A DNA stretch of 64,000 nucleotides from a virus: IMG/VR virus record IMGVR_UViG_3300045988_136447, positions 1 to 64,000 of that record. One strand, given 5' to 3'. The notes under the pieces were generated by a model, which was not told the origin of the DNA, did no database searches, and saw only the letters and a program-made list of their open reading frames with translations. Below, piece after piece: positions 1-9,126 of the stretch. The translations under genes were made by a program, and so were the position numbers. Within the stretch, counting starts at the first letter, position 1. Each line of letters begins with the position of its first letter.

Positions 1-307
1 ATTGCCGGTAAATTATGCGCCCGGGCCGACGAGCGAAGCGAGGAGGCCGTTTGCGTTGAATTTTACGGCATTCTAACATAACTCGAAAAGAGCGGCCGCA
101 AGGACGCGAATTTTCGAATAAGCGGAAACGAGACAGTATCGATTTTTTCAACGGAAATGGCTTTCTCATGCGACTTGTTACATTGCCGGTAAATTATGCG
201 CCCGGGCCGACGAGCGAAGCGAGGAGGCCGTTTGCGTTGAATTTTACGGCATTCTAACATAACTCGAAAAGAGCGGCCGCAAGGACGCGAATTTTCGAAT
301 AAGCGGA
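1..307. repeat. Two identical 126-bp direct repeats (1-126 and 182-307) separated by 55 bp; short motif GAATAAGCGGA / AAGCGGAAACGA recurs at about 116-126, 121-133, 297-307, 334-346, 354-360, 410-420
   Basis: Direct comparison of the sequence; copies identical over 126 bp. Confidence 0.85.
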
Positions 308-469
308 GGATATAGCATTGATCGTGATTGAAGCGGAAACGATAACGATTTTTAAGCGGAGTAAATACATACTTTGACTGAATGTCGTTTGCGATGAGGC
401 CACAAGGCCGAATAAGCGGACAACATGAAGTCTTTTCATATGGTTTTACTCGATTGTTTTCTTCTTCTT

Positions 470-620
470 CTCTTTCCCCCTTTACCCCCTATCTTATTAT
501 TATTTTTCATCCGGTAAAATTAAAAATTTTACTTTTTATTTTAAAACTTTTTATTACTTTAACAAATTTTTATTTTTAATTTTTCTGAGGGAAAAATAAA
601 AATTTATTGAAAGCAATAAA
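470..620. other. AT-rich tract (runs of A/T; ttttaaaac/ttttattt repeats) downstream of the iteron-like repeats; candidate DNA unwinding element
   Basis: Base composition seen directly. Confidence 0.4.
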
Positions 621-667
621 AATACTGTCCGGATTATCAAAAAGAGTTATTCGGTAATTAAGGGGTT

Positions 668-780
668 ATAAGGGGGGACTATGGGCGGTCAAATAAAAAT
701 AACACCCAAATAAAATTTGTCTGTTATTTTATTCTTTTGCCCATCATCCCTTCTTATCCCCCCTATAGTCCCCCCTTTTC
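668..780. repeat. G-rich inverted repeat aggggggactatgggcgg ... cccccctatagtcccccc flanking an about 70-nt A/T-rich spacer
   Basis: Reverse-complement match of the arms seen in sequence. Confidence 0.6.
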
Positions 781-826
781 CTCCCTTCTTCCCTTCTTCC
801 TTTAGGTTAAAAGTTAATGCGTTTAT

Positions 827-854
827 TTGTAATTTTGCGTAACCATGCTACATT
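827..854 (+). promoter_or_regulatory. sigma-70-like promoter TTGTAA-N16-TGcTACATT (extended -10)
   Basis: Hexamers and spacing; member of a motif family recurring upstream of genes. Confidence 0.45.
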
Positions 855-893
855 AGTTTTTGTCCGAAAAATCAACCCAAATACAGAGCGGCT

Positions 894-1490
894 ATGAAAA
901 CTCAACCTGTAACAACTACTTTCCTTAATTGCGTCCTCCAAACGTTCGGCCTCGTGTACGTAACCGATACATGTGTACAAATACCCGGTTACGCCGCGCC
1001 GCAAACGGTATCTGCTTACCGCTTTTCTGATACGGCTGTACCGGATCAAGTTTCCGTTTCCGATATCCAAGACTACTTCACGAAAAACAACTATTCAGCG
1101 ACTATCATTCCATCCGACAATCCCGAATATTTCATATATGCGTCAACCCGGCGATTCCGTAAAAACCGGCATAAAACCGTCAATCATAATATCCGTTTTG
1201 ATGTATGCCGCCCGCCGCAATATCACGAAATAAACAAGACATTTCAGTCTATAAAAGTTCTCGATATCGTAAAATACCGCATAACGGAACATCCATCCCG
1301 TTTTAATGTAACTGGAATCATCCTGTATTTAAACGCTGAACTCTCGTTTACCGTCAACGTCTACAAAACTAACCCTTTACAGCCGCGTGTCCATTGCGAA
1401 ATTCTGCCCATAAAGACGAAAATTTACTTATCCGTTAGAAACATTCTACGTAAGTTGTTGAAATTCAACAACAAACACAAATTATCGTAA
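894..1490 (+). CDS. hypothetical protein
   Basis: ORF downstream of promoter; no recognisable motif. Confidence 0.35.
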   Translation: MKTQPVTTTFLNCVLQTFGLVYVTDTCVQIPGYAAPQTVSAYRFSDTAVPDQVSVSDIQDYFTKNNYSATIIPSDNPEYFIYASTRRFRKNRHKTVNHNIRFDVCRPPQYHEINKTFQSIKVLDIVKYRITEHPSRFNVTGIILYLNAELSFTVNVYKTNPLQPRVHCEILPIKTKIYLSVRNILRKLLKFNNKHKLS

Positions 1491-1586
1491 ATTTTCGCAA
1501 AATTTTTCGTTTTTCCCCTTGCAATAAGTTAATATCAGGTTATATTATATACTGTAACACAAAAACAGCCAACAAGGAGGGTTAAA

Positions 1587-2564
1587 ATGAAACTCGATCG
1601 CGCAATTTTTCACAGATTTTTCTATGCTGTCGAATCCGAAAGCGGCCGCGCCAAATCCAACACAAGTTTCGATGGATGGGAGTTCAAATCATACCGGACA
1701 ACAATCGGCGTCAAAACGCCGGGAAAAGATGGCCGCCCGGTATTACTGATAGCGGATAGCTCTTTCAGCCGTACCACAGGCGAACACCTAAGCGCATTGC
1801 GGGCCGCGTGTCCGTATCCGAGCAGCCATACTATTCGCGTGCCGTTCACATGGGGGGATGTATGGTACAAGCGCGAATATTGCATCGACGACTTGTTACA
1901 TCGATTCATCGACCGGCTTTCCGATTATGAATGGAAACTCGACCGACTGAGATACGCCGAAAACCGCCGAAATTTTCTCCGGATTTACTCTAATTTCCTT
2001 AGCTTTTTAGCATTGGTCGTACCTAAGCGCCCGGATAAAGCAATATTACAAAAAATCGAAGAAATAGCGACAATCGCTAGAGAAACGGAAGACCGCAAAA
2101 AGCGCAATGAACTTATTTCGGGATTAACGGCGAAAAGAGACGCCGCGGAGAAACGTAAGGCCGCAGCGGAAAAGCGGAAACACGCTGAATTTCTGAAACA
2201 GTTTAGCGATGTGCCGTATTTAGACAAGATACGGATTGCATTTTTCAGACCTGAGGGAGTAGACGAAACGGCCCGCGCGGCTTGGCGTCGCATATTCAAC
2301 CCGGACGGCAGTTTATCTTATGTTATCCCGTCGCCTTGGGAGGCGGAATCTGTTGTAACAACGCAAGGGGTTTCTATGGATTGCCGTACCGTCCGGGCGC
2401 TGCTGAAAGCATGGAAAGCCGGAAAGGTTAAAGTAGGGCAGCACATCGGTCCGTATACGCTTCTGGAGATGACGGCCGCATATGTTCGAATCGGTTGCCA
2501 TAAAATCCCAATGCAGAATATCCGGGAGCTGTATTCAGCACTGATTGAAGGAGATGAAGCATGA
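1587..2564 (+). CDS. hypothetical protein (lysine/arginine-rich central coiled segment)
   Basis: ORF preceded by AAGGAGGG RBS 8 nt upstream. Confidence 0.55.
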   Translation: MKLDRAIFHRFFYAVESESGRAKSNTSFDGWEFKSYRTTIGVKTPGKDGRPVLLIADSSFSRTTGEHLSALRAACPYPSSHTIRVPFTWGDVWYKREYCIDDLLHRFIDRLSDYEWKLDRLRYAENRRNFLRIYSNFLSFLALVVPKRPDKAILQKIEEIATIARETEDRKKRNELISGLTAKRDAAEKRKAAAEKRKHAEFLKQFSDVPYLDKIRIAFFRPEGVDETARAAWRRIFNPDGSLSYVIPSPWEAESVVTTQGVSMDCRTVRALLKAWKAGKVKVGQHIGPYTLLEMTAAYVRIGCHKIPMQNIRELYSALIEGDEA

Positions 2565-2715
2565 GAAAGCAAGTAATTAATGGGATGAGGTCGTTCACCG
2601 AAATTGATGATAAAATCAAAATTCATTCTCGTTATTGGAGGCATATTAGAATTATCGGTGTAACTTACTTTGGGGGGTCGTATTCCATCGAAATTGAAGT
2701 AGGGGAGCCCATAAA

Positions 2716-2805
2716 ATGAAAACCGTTGGACACTGGTTAAAATATTCAATCGCGCCGTTGGCTTTTTGGGCGGCGGTAATCGCAGCCGCAATCGTTACAG
2801 AATAA
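2716..2805 (+). CDS. small hydrophobic peptide, 29 aa (MKTVGHWLKYSIAPLAFWAAVIAAAIVTE)
   Basis: Not in ORF track (<60 aa); tandem paralog of next micro-ORF; single TM-like segment. Confidence 0.4.
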   Translation: MKTVGHWLKYSIAPLAFWAAVIAAAIVTE

Positions 2806-2815
2806 AGGATTAGCG

Positions 2816-2899
2816 ATGAAAACCATCTTGTACTGGCTTAAATATGCCGCCATTCCGATTGCGTTTTGGGTTGCTGTAATCATTTGTGTAATTTGGTAA
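2816..2899 (+). CDS. small hydrophobic peptide, 27 aa (MKTILYWLKYAAIPIAFWVAVIICVIW), paralog of 2716-2805
   Basis: Shared MKT..WLKY..IP.AFW.AVI pattern; GGATTAGCG then ATG. Confidence 0.4.
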   Translation: MKTILYWLKYAAIPIAFWVAVIICVIW

Positions 2900-2920
2900 T
2901 CAAACATAAGGAAACAAGCA

Positions 2921-3580
2921 ATGAAATTTAATATTGATGTCAAGAAAAATGAAGTTGTAAACAAGTACGAAGCTGAACTTGCCGAACTCAAAGAAACTGA
3001 AACGGTGCTTAAGGGGCTCCCCGATGTGTTTGAGGATTTCGAATTCTTTTTCTATTCCCCTAGGAAGATGCAGAAGAATGTGATGGGAGTTGTACATTTT
3101 TATTGTGATGATGTCAATGAGATTATCGATACCCTGAATAAGGTGCCGGATTTGCTCCCAATTTGCCTTGTAAACGACGGTTGCACATCGGCATATCCGC
3201 GCTGCTGCGTGGATATGGATAAGTACAGTAAATACAATTCAAATAATCTCTATTGTAAAAAATTGAAAGTTCCATATACGCTTGCGGCAGAAGGCTACAC
3301 CCGCCAAACACTTCCTAGTGTTATCATTAGATGTTTTTACAATATTAAAAATTATGGGATTGTGGCTGTATGGATATCCGTAAAGAGTAAAGAGTTAGAA
3401 TCATTCGGTGTTTACTTTGATGCAACATATCGCACATTTAAAGGCGATATTCTTGAAAGTTCTATCAGATTCAATTATCAGTTTACTACTTTCAGAGTAA
3501 AAGTATTGTTTCCGAACGTTGTTAAGTTTGAGGGTTACAATTCTTCCGGTACTCATCTGTTTTATTCGGAGGTTGAATAA
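2921..3580 (+). CDS. hypothetical protein
   Basis: ORF with RBS aaggaaacaagcaATG. Confidence 0.5.
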   Translation: MKFNIDVKKNEVVNKYEAELAELKETETVLKGLPDVFEDFEFFFYSPRKMQKNVMGVVHFYCDDVNEIIDTLNKVPDLLPICLVNDGCTSAYPRCCVDMDKYSKYNSNNLYCKKLKVPYTLAAEGYTRQTLPSVIIRCFYNIKNYGIVAVWISVKSKELESFGVYFDATYRTFKGDILESSIRFNYQFTTFRVKVLFPNVVKFEGYNSSGTHLFYSEVE

Positions 3581-3582
3581 AC

Positions 3583-3771
3583 ATGAGTAAAACGATGCGA
3601 AAATGCAATAAGTACCGTTATTGCTATGTTATTCAGGTGAAGAGCGATGGTGTATGGCAAGATTGCATGTATCATAGCGATAGAAAATTTATGTACTCGG
3701 TGTATAATGGACTAAAATATAAAAGTACGTGTACAGATATACGCATCATACAGCGGAGGATTTTTAAATGA
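3583..3771 (+). CDS. hypothetical small protein
   Basis: ORF tightly packed after previous gene. Confidence 0.3.
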   Translation: MSKTMRKCNKYRYCYVIQVKSDGVWQDCMYHSDRKFMYSVYNGLKYKSTCTDIRIIQRRIFK

Positions 3772-4055
3772 CAGTCTATGAGTTGAAAACTTTACCCATC
3801 GATACGATTGTCAAGCTCCATAATATGGCTGGAGGTAATCGCATATATTGTATGGATGACGACGAAGATTTTAACCGGGTTGATGATATCGTAACAGAAC
3901 ATCTACGGGTAAAACGTAATTCGGCATTATGGGAATTTGATTCCGCTATGCCATACGTTGTAATCGAGCATGGGGATGTAATGAGTTACAACGAAAAAGC
4001 GATAAGAGACTATATAGACTACGCCCGAATTATCGAATATGTGCTGTATTCGTAA
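3768..4055 (+). CDS. hypothetical protein
   Basis: ORF, ATGA overlap with upstream ORF. Confidence 0.4.
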   Translation: MTVYELKTLPIDTIVKLHNMAGGNRIYCMDDDEDFNRVDDIVTEHLRVKRNSALWEFDSAMPYVVIEHGDVMSYNEKAIRDYIDYARIIEYVLYS

Positions 4056-4079
4056 AATAGGGCAGAAAGCCGCTTCTGA

Positions 4080-4130
4080 GACGACTTAGTACCTCCCCGT
4101 ATGGTTTACCTGGTTACTTGCTAAGTCGTC
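4080..4130 (+). other. Intergenic stem-loop: 10-bp perfect stem gacgacttag/ctaagtcgtc with 31-nt loop
   Basis: Inverted repeat seen in 107-bp intergenic gap. Confidence 0.4.
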
Positions 4131-4162
4131 CCATAAGGCTAAACTAAAGGTGTTTAACGGCT

Positions 4163-4543
4163 ATGACAAATGAACAGTTACAGAACAGTATAAACGCGGT
4201 CAAGAATGTAGCGGCGTTTACGGCACTAATGCGAAGTTCTGCAATCGATGAACAGATTAAATTATCTGAATACCTTTGCGCTAAAATATTCATCAAGTCT
4301 CACACTCCGCGCAATCCAATAGATGATAGTACAGTATTGTATCATCCCATCGAAGAAGAGATTGTGAAAGCGATTGCAAGCGGTATAGACGTCGATGACT
4401 TTGTAGCACAGTTTGTAAGTATGGATATGCGATCGTCGGCATCTATGCTTCGCAGACGTTATCACAAGATCGCGCATCTACTCTCGATTTATCAGGCATA
4501 TAGTAAACCACCAATGCAAATCAATTTAGACGGTAAAATTTAG
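4163..4543 (+). CDS. hypothetical protein
   Basis: ORF. Confidence 0.45.
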   Translation: MTNEQLQNSINAVKNVAAFTALMRSSAIDEQIKLSEYLCAKIFIKSHTPRNPIDDSTVLYHPIEEEIVKAIASGIDVDDFVAQFVSMDMRSSASMLRRRYHKIAHLLSIYQAYSKPPMQINLDGKI

Positions 4544-5100
4544 TCATGTGCATCGGCATCTATAATCACATCTTTTGGTTTTTCCTGCATGTTGAAAACC
4601 ACCGTGAGCTTTCCTCCGGTATGTGCATCGGCATTTGCGTCTCCGATATTGGCAACTTTTACAAGCGTATTGATTGCGTTAACCACATCGGCAGGTTTGT
4701 TTTCTTCCTGATTTATAATGTTTTCGAGGCGTTTTGTGACACCTATAATCGTCGGCTTGTTGATTTCCCATTCTGCTGCTCTGAGAAATTTAATCCGTTC
4801 TCTTATCCTTTGTTTCATCATCATGCGGCGCATATTGTTGATGTCGATGTGACGGATTCCGGTGATTGGCGTCATGTACTCTCGGTATGCTGTATAATAC
4901 TCTTCCGTGGTATGTGCATCGGCATCTATAATCCAATTAAGGAAATCTTCAACACGTTTATCCGCAATTGGGATTGCGGGATCGGCATCCTTGTCGTCAA
5001 GGCAGGCAGGGAGGCAGTCAAGTGCATCGGCATTTGTATCGATTACTTTTTCACCTGTATTTTCTCTGCGTTCAATTTGATTTTTAAGTTTAAAAGCCAT
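4540..5100 (-). CDS. hypothetical protein with repeated D-A-D-A-H peptide motif (4 copies), oppositely oriented to flanking genes
   Basis: AGGAGA RBS 8 nt upstream of ATG; own promoter; DNA repeat ATGTGCATCGGCAT x4 encodes the motif. Confidence 0.45.
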   Translation of the reverse strand: MAFKLKNQIERRENTGEKVIDTNADALDCLPACLDDKDADPAIPIADKRVEDFLNWIIDADAHTTEEYYTAYREYMTPITGIRHIDINNMRRMMMKQRIRERIKFLRAAEWEINKPTIIGVTKRLENIINQEENKPADVVNAINTLVKVANIGDANADAHTGGKLTVVFNMQEKPKDVIIDADAHD

Positions 5101-5121
5101 CTGGAATCTCCTTTTTGTTTC

Positions 5122-5150
5122 AATATACCATGATACAGTAAAAATTACAA
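5122..5150 (-). promoter_or_regulatory. sigma-70-like promoter TTGTAA-N17-TGgTATATT for minus-strand gene 4540-5100
   Basis: Reverse complement of 5122-5150 gives the hexamers with extended -10. Confidence 0.45.
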
Positions 5151-5181
5151 ATAAAAGTTAAAAATTAATGCGCAATAGGGC

Positions 5182-5210
5182 TTGAAACTGTGACGCGTGA
5201 ATGCTACATT
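5182..5210 (+). promoter_or_regulatory. sigma-70-like promoter TTGAAA-N17-TGcTACATT
   Basis: Hexamers and spacing; divergent from 5122-5150. Confidence 0.5.
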
Positions 5211-5244
5211 AGTTAAAACCGGCGCAATAGACCTAGGAGTAACC

Positions 5245-5532
5245 ATGCAGACTGTGTATGAAGTCATCGGCGTCCTTGACGCGCACACATGTGTAATCGT
5301 CGGCATCTTCACTGACAGGATTGCAATGTGTGATAAGTTGCAGGAACAATTTTCGAAATGTTATTTGAAGTCAAACGGCAAGATGATCGATATTATCCCT
5401 GTAAGCGTCGGCATCTGTATGCGTAATAGATTCTGTAAACTGTACAGTAAGGAATCAGGAAAAGAGTTGTACCGAATTTACGCGATAACGTTAAACAAAG
5501 TGAATCCTGAGTTGCATGAAAGTTTTAAGTAA
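5245..5532 (+). CDS. hypothetical protein (start moved to ATG with GGAG RBS; the track start at 5197 lies inside the -10 element)
   Basis: ORF frame, RBS cctaGGAGtaaccATG. Confidence 0.4.
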   Translation: MQTVYEVIGVLDAHTCVIVGIFTDRIAMCDKLQEQFSKCYLKSNGKMIDIIPVSVGICMRNRFCKLYSKESGKELYRIYAITLNKVNPELHESFK

Positions 5533-7039
5533 AAACGATTATTTATACTATAAAAGAGATGGTAAGCATTATCGGGTTCCGGCTTCCGATAAAAGCATAA
5601 ATGCTTTATTGCGCAGGAATTATGACTGTTCCGATGTTCTTACTTTAGGTGGCAGATTGCGCGTCCCGCTGTATCCATATCAGTATCAGGCGCTTTTACA
5701 GGCTAAGAATCACAATTGGAATATTTTAGACGCGGATAGTATGGGATTGGGGAAGACCCCAACGGCGCTGGGGTGCATCGTTGCCTCGAATGCAAGGAAA
5801 GTGCTTATCGTGTGTCCAGCCGCGATTAAGTATCAGTGGAAACGGTATATTGAAAACTGGGTAACGAAGCCCGGAATCATGTATGTGTGCGAAGGGCAGA
5901 AGTTTGAATATGGTGACTGCCTGAGTGTGAAACACGCCAACTACGTAATCATAAACTATAACATATATGATTATTGGATAGACCTGTTTTGTAAATTGAA
6001 GTGGGATATGGTTGTGTACGATGAAGCACATCGGATCAAGAAGGTGAGTATACCATCGGCACCTGTAAGGTGCTCTGCCGCTGCTGATATGCTTGTGCCG
6101 CACGTTAAATCGTGTATATGCTTAAGCGGCACCCCCTTGACGGATCGCACCGCCGACATATGGCATATTGTGAAACTTGTGAATCCAAACTTGTTTCGAT
6201 CATACTTTCTGTTCCAGCAGCGGTATTGCGGGGGAGCATCCGGCGCGTTTTCCAGCGAATCGAGAAGCGCCAATACGATAGAGCTGCATAATAAGCTGAT
6301 CGATAGCGGCGTCATGATTCGCAGAACGAAAAAAGATGTGTACAAAGAGATACCGAGAGTTGATATCGACGTAGTTCCGTTTAATGTTCGTTCCGCTGCA
6401 CTGGATACGCTGGAAAGGGAGGCCCGGCATCAGACATTGTGGATGAAGAAACAGACCGGAAAACAACGCGGGGCCGCTATGTTTAAAGTTCGGCAGTCTT
6501 TTGAGAAATACTTACAGGAGGCGATACGATTAAAATTACCGTATATTGTAGAGTGGCTTAAAGATTTCATGAATGAAACCGATGAAAAGATTGTGATAGG
6601 CTGTATACATAAAGAACTGTGCGGAAATGCGCTGTATCGTGAATTTGAGAGGTCTGCTGTAATCATCAATGGGGATGCGTCGGCAAAACAAAAAGACAAA
6701 CTTCTTACCGAGTTTAAAACCAACAAACAAAAAAGGATGCTGATATGTAACATACAATCTATGAAAGAAGGGGTGGACGGCCTTCAAAACGTGTGCAGCC
6801 ATATGGCGATATGCGAACTGCCGTGGTCTCCCGCGGACATCGATCAGCTTATCGCCCGTCTAGATCGGAACGGGCAGAAAGAGCGTGTGAATGTTTCGTT
6901 CCTTGTGGTGTATGACAGCATCGACGAAATGCTTGTCCGTACTTTGGATAGAAAAAAGAAGATAACAACGGAAGTTCTTGACGGCAGAGCTCCGCATAGA
7001 AAAGAATTATTGGTAAACCTATTAACCGGAGGATGTTGA
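5516..7039 (+). CDS. SNF2/Rad54-family helicase
   Basis: GLGKT (motif I), DEAH box VVYDEAHR, LSGTPL (motif III), C-terminal helicase motif QLIARLDRNGQ. Confidence 0.85.
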   Translation: MKVLSKNDYLYYKRDGKHYRVPASDKSINALLRRNYDCSDVLTLGGRLRVPLYPYQYQALLQAKNHNWNILDADSMGLGKTPTALGCIVASNARKVLIVCPAAIKYQWKRYIENWVTKPGIMYVCEGQKFEYGDCLSVKHANYVIINYNIYDYWIDLFCKLKWDMVVYDEAHRIKKVSIPSAPVRCSAAADMLVPHVKSCICLSGTPLTDRTADIWHIVKLVNPNLFRSYFLFQQRYCGGASGAFSSESRSANTIELHNKLIDSGVMIRRTKKDVYKEIPRVDIDVVPFNVRSAALDTLEREARHQTLWMKKQTGKQRGAAMFKVRQSFEKYLQEAIRLKLPYIVEWLKDFMNETDEKIVIGCIHKELCGNALYREFERSAVIINGDASAKQKDKLLTEFKTNKQKRMLICNIQSMKEGVDGLQNVCSHMAICELPWSPADIDQLIARLDRNGQKERVNVSFLVVYDSIDEMLVRTLDRKKKITTEVLDGRAPHRKELLVNLLTGGC

Positions 7040-7040
7040 A

Positions 7041-7553
7041 ATGAAAGATGGTACGAAGCTTGTCATCGTGAATGTGTGCGCGATTGTATTGATTATTTGG
7101 GTGGCAGTACTAGGTGCTATCGGGATTCATTATGCTCTTCCCGATCGGCAAAAGGAAGTCAAGTATGAAGAACCAGTAGTCGAAAACCCGAAAAGCAATG
7201 TAAACGTATGCGGACACATCATAGGTGAAGAGTTTGTACCGAAACCGGAGTACAAACATAACTTGAAAGGAGACGCCTACATTTACTGGTATGATGCTGT
7301 TACTATGATTACGTTTCGTCCTGTAAATGGAAGACTGAAATACGCATCCATTACTAAGTTATGCGTTGATGGTGCAGACTGCTACGCTGAGTATTCCGAG
7401 ATGGGAGCGTATTATGTTAATAGATATGGTGCGAAACCTCAGAAGCAGCCTGATTCTCTTCTTACAGAGGACGGTGTATGTATCGATTTGAAGTGCAAAA
7501 TTGTAGACGGTAAGTGGTTTCTTTCCGTAGTGATCGCTAAACTTGACAAGTAA
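7041..7553 (+). CDS. hypothetical membrane-anchored protein (N-terminal TM helix)
   Basis: ORF; hydrophobic N-terminus. Confidence 0.45.
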   Translation: MKDGTKLVIVNVCAIVLIIWVAVLGAIGIHYALPDRQKEVKYEEPVVENPKSNVNVCGHIIGEEFVPKPEYKHNLKGDAYIYWYDAVTMITFRPVNGRLKYASITKLCVDGADCYAEYSEMGAYYVNRYGAKPQKQPDSLLTEDGVCIDLKCKIVDGKWFLSVVIAKLDK

Positions 7554-7562
7554 AGGTGCAGT

Positions 7563-8192
7563 ATGAATATCAGTAATATCAGTGTGTACAATCTCGAGAA
7601 AGCAGTCGTTGCCAGCGGATACCCCATGCTTACCGAATACGACCCTTGCAGGGTAATGGACGAAGTATCTGATGTAAAGGAATGGATCGAAACCTATTAC
7701 AGCATGAAAGGTCAAGCCCCTAATAAGCATATTCAGAGAGCCATTCGCCTGTGCCAAACTCATTCTAATTCCGGGCATTGTAACTTTCTGTCCGGCATCC
7801 TTGTGACGATGGATGTTACAGCCTCTAACGTGTGGTGGCTGCAATGTGGGAGGTACCACTTTATTCAAAATGTATCTTCTATGTCGAAAATGCACAAACT
7901 CAAGGCTATGAGAGCTGCCAAAGATGAATATATGTTTCATCCTAAAGTATCAACCGTGATACAGAATGAGTTTTTCGATGACGACGTATTTTCAGATGTG
8001 AACGATGACGAAGAACTTTCGTATTCGTGTCCTATGGGAATGCTGCTGACTGCACATATCTCTACAAATTATTTGCAGTTGCGAACGGTGTATGAGCAAA
8101 GAAAGAATCATAAACTCAGTGAGTGGAGGATGTTTTGTAATATGATCTCTACGTTACCATTCGGCCCTGAATTTATTACGCAAAAATTTTAG
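7563..8192 (+). CDS. hypothetical protein
   Basis: ORF. Confidence 0.45.
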   Translation: MNISNISVYNLEKAVVASGYPMLTEYDPCRVMDEVSDVKEWIETYYSMKGQAPNKHIQRAIRLCQTHSNSGHCNFLSGILVTMDVTASNVWWLQCGRYHFIQNVSSMSKMHKLKAMRAAKDEYMFHPKVSTVIQNEFFDDDVFSDVNDDEELSYSCPMGMLLTAHISTNYLQLRTVYEQRKNHKLSEWRMFCNMISTLPFGPEFITQKF

Positions 8193-8196
8193 TAAC

Positions 8197-9117
8197 ATGA
8201 TAAACGGGATTGTACAGCTTCTGGAAGATAACCACATTCCTTACAAACTACGTAAAGAGTGGGCCAATGTATGCTGCCCTTACTGTGGTGATAATGGTTT
8301 TCATTTGGGTCTCACAGACGATGGGAAGGCAACATGTTTCCGGTGCGGAACTCATAATATAAATTCTGTAATCCATGAGCTGTTACACTGCGGAGCATCG
8401 GAATCAAAATCGATTGTACGGAGGTACATATGCAGATCGAAAAGTGAGCGTAACGATGATCCTGCCAGATTATGTTCGTCGGCATTTGAGTTTAAAGTTC
8501 CTTCGTCGGGAAATATATTGAGAGCCAAATTTCCTTTCATGTACTTGAGAAGAAGATTTAAATGGATGTCGATAGATGAGTTTGTAAGCATGGTAAAGCG
8601 CTGCGGTATTACATACACGGATAACGAGTTTGTAATGCCGAAACCCGACGGCAACCTTACCGGAATGTTTGCAGGGAGGATCGTGTTTCCGTTGATCCAT
8701 AATGGGATACCTGTATCTTATCAATGCAGGGATTACACGGACAATTGCAAAGTAAAGTACATGACTGCTTATCCTGAGTATGAACGGATAATGCACAAAG
8801 ACGTCTTGTATGGGGAAGATGACGTACCTTACAGTAAAGTAATTGTGTGTGAGGGAGTGTTTGACGCTCTCAGCATCGGTGCAGGGGCCGTACACACCTT
8901 CGGTGTCAAGTGGAGCAGAAGCCAGGCTGAATCTCTTTGTGCATACGATAAAGTGTATATCGCTTATGACAATGATAAAGCTGGAAAACTCGGTGCGGAA
9001 TCGTTGGCCAGTGCGATTAAGCATCGTGTAAAAGTGGCTATCGTCAGGGTGTCGGCAAAAGACATAAACAGTTGCAGTCAATCAGAAATAGAAGATATCA
9101 AAGCACTTATACAATAA
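8197..9117 (+). CDS. dnaG: DnaG-type DNA primase (CHC2 zinc finger + TOPRIM)
   Basis: CPYCGD...CFRCGTH zinc finger; TOPRIM VIVCEGVFDALS and AYDNDKAG (DxD). Confidence 0.75.
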   Translation: MINGIVQLLEDNHIPYKLRKEWANVCCPYCGDNGFHLGLTDDGKATCFRCGTHNINSVIHELLHCGASESKSIVRRYICRSKSERNDDPARLCSSAFEFKVPSSGNILRAKFPFMYLRRRFKWMSIDEFVSMVKRCGITYTDNEFVMPKPDGNLTGMFAGRIVFPLIHNGIPVSYQCRDYTDNCKVKYMTAYPEYERIMHKDVLYGEDDVPYSKVIVCEGVFDALSIGAGAVHTFGVKWSRSQAESLCAYDKVYIAYDNDKAGKLGAESLASAIKHRVKVAIVRVSAKDINSCSQSEIEDIKALIQ

Positions 9118-9126
9118 GGAGGAAGT

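Noticed and set aside
1-310. Possible CRISPR array from the direct repeats
   Set aside because: Only two copies, the repeat is 126 bp (far longer than CRISPR repeats), the spacer is 55 bp, and there are no cas genes; iteron or terminal-repeat interpretation fits better
4546-5133. Plus-strand ORF (MCIGIYNH…, 195 aa) across the DADAH region
   Set aside because: It is a low-complexity Cys/Phe-rich translation of the DNA repeats and has no RBS. The minus-strand ORF has a strong RBS and its own promoter
5197-5244. Track start codon of ORF 5197-5532
   Set aside because: The ATG lies inside the -10 element (atgctacatt) of the promoter; the start was moved to 5245 with a GGAG RBS
7563-8192. Possible thymidylate synthase/dCMP hydroxymethylase or ThyX in the replication module
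   Set aside because: No PCH/DRR (ThyA-like) or RHRxxS (ThyX) motifs could be found in the translation
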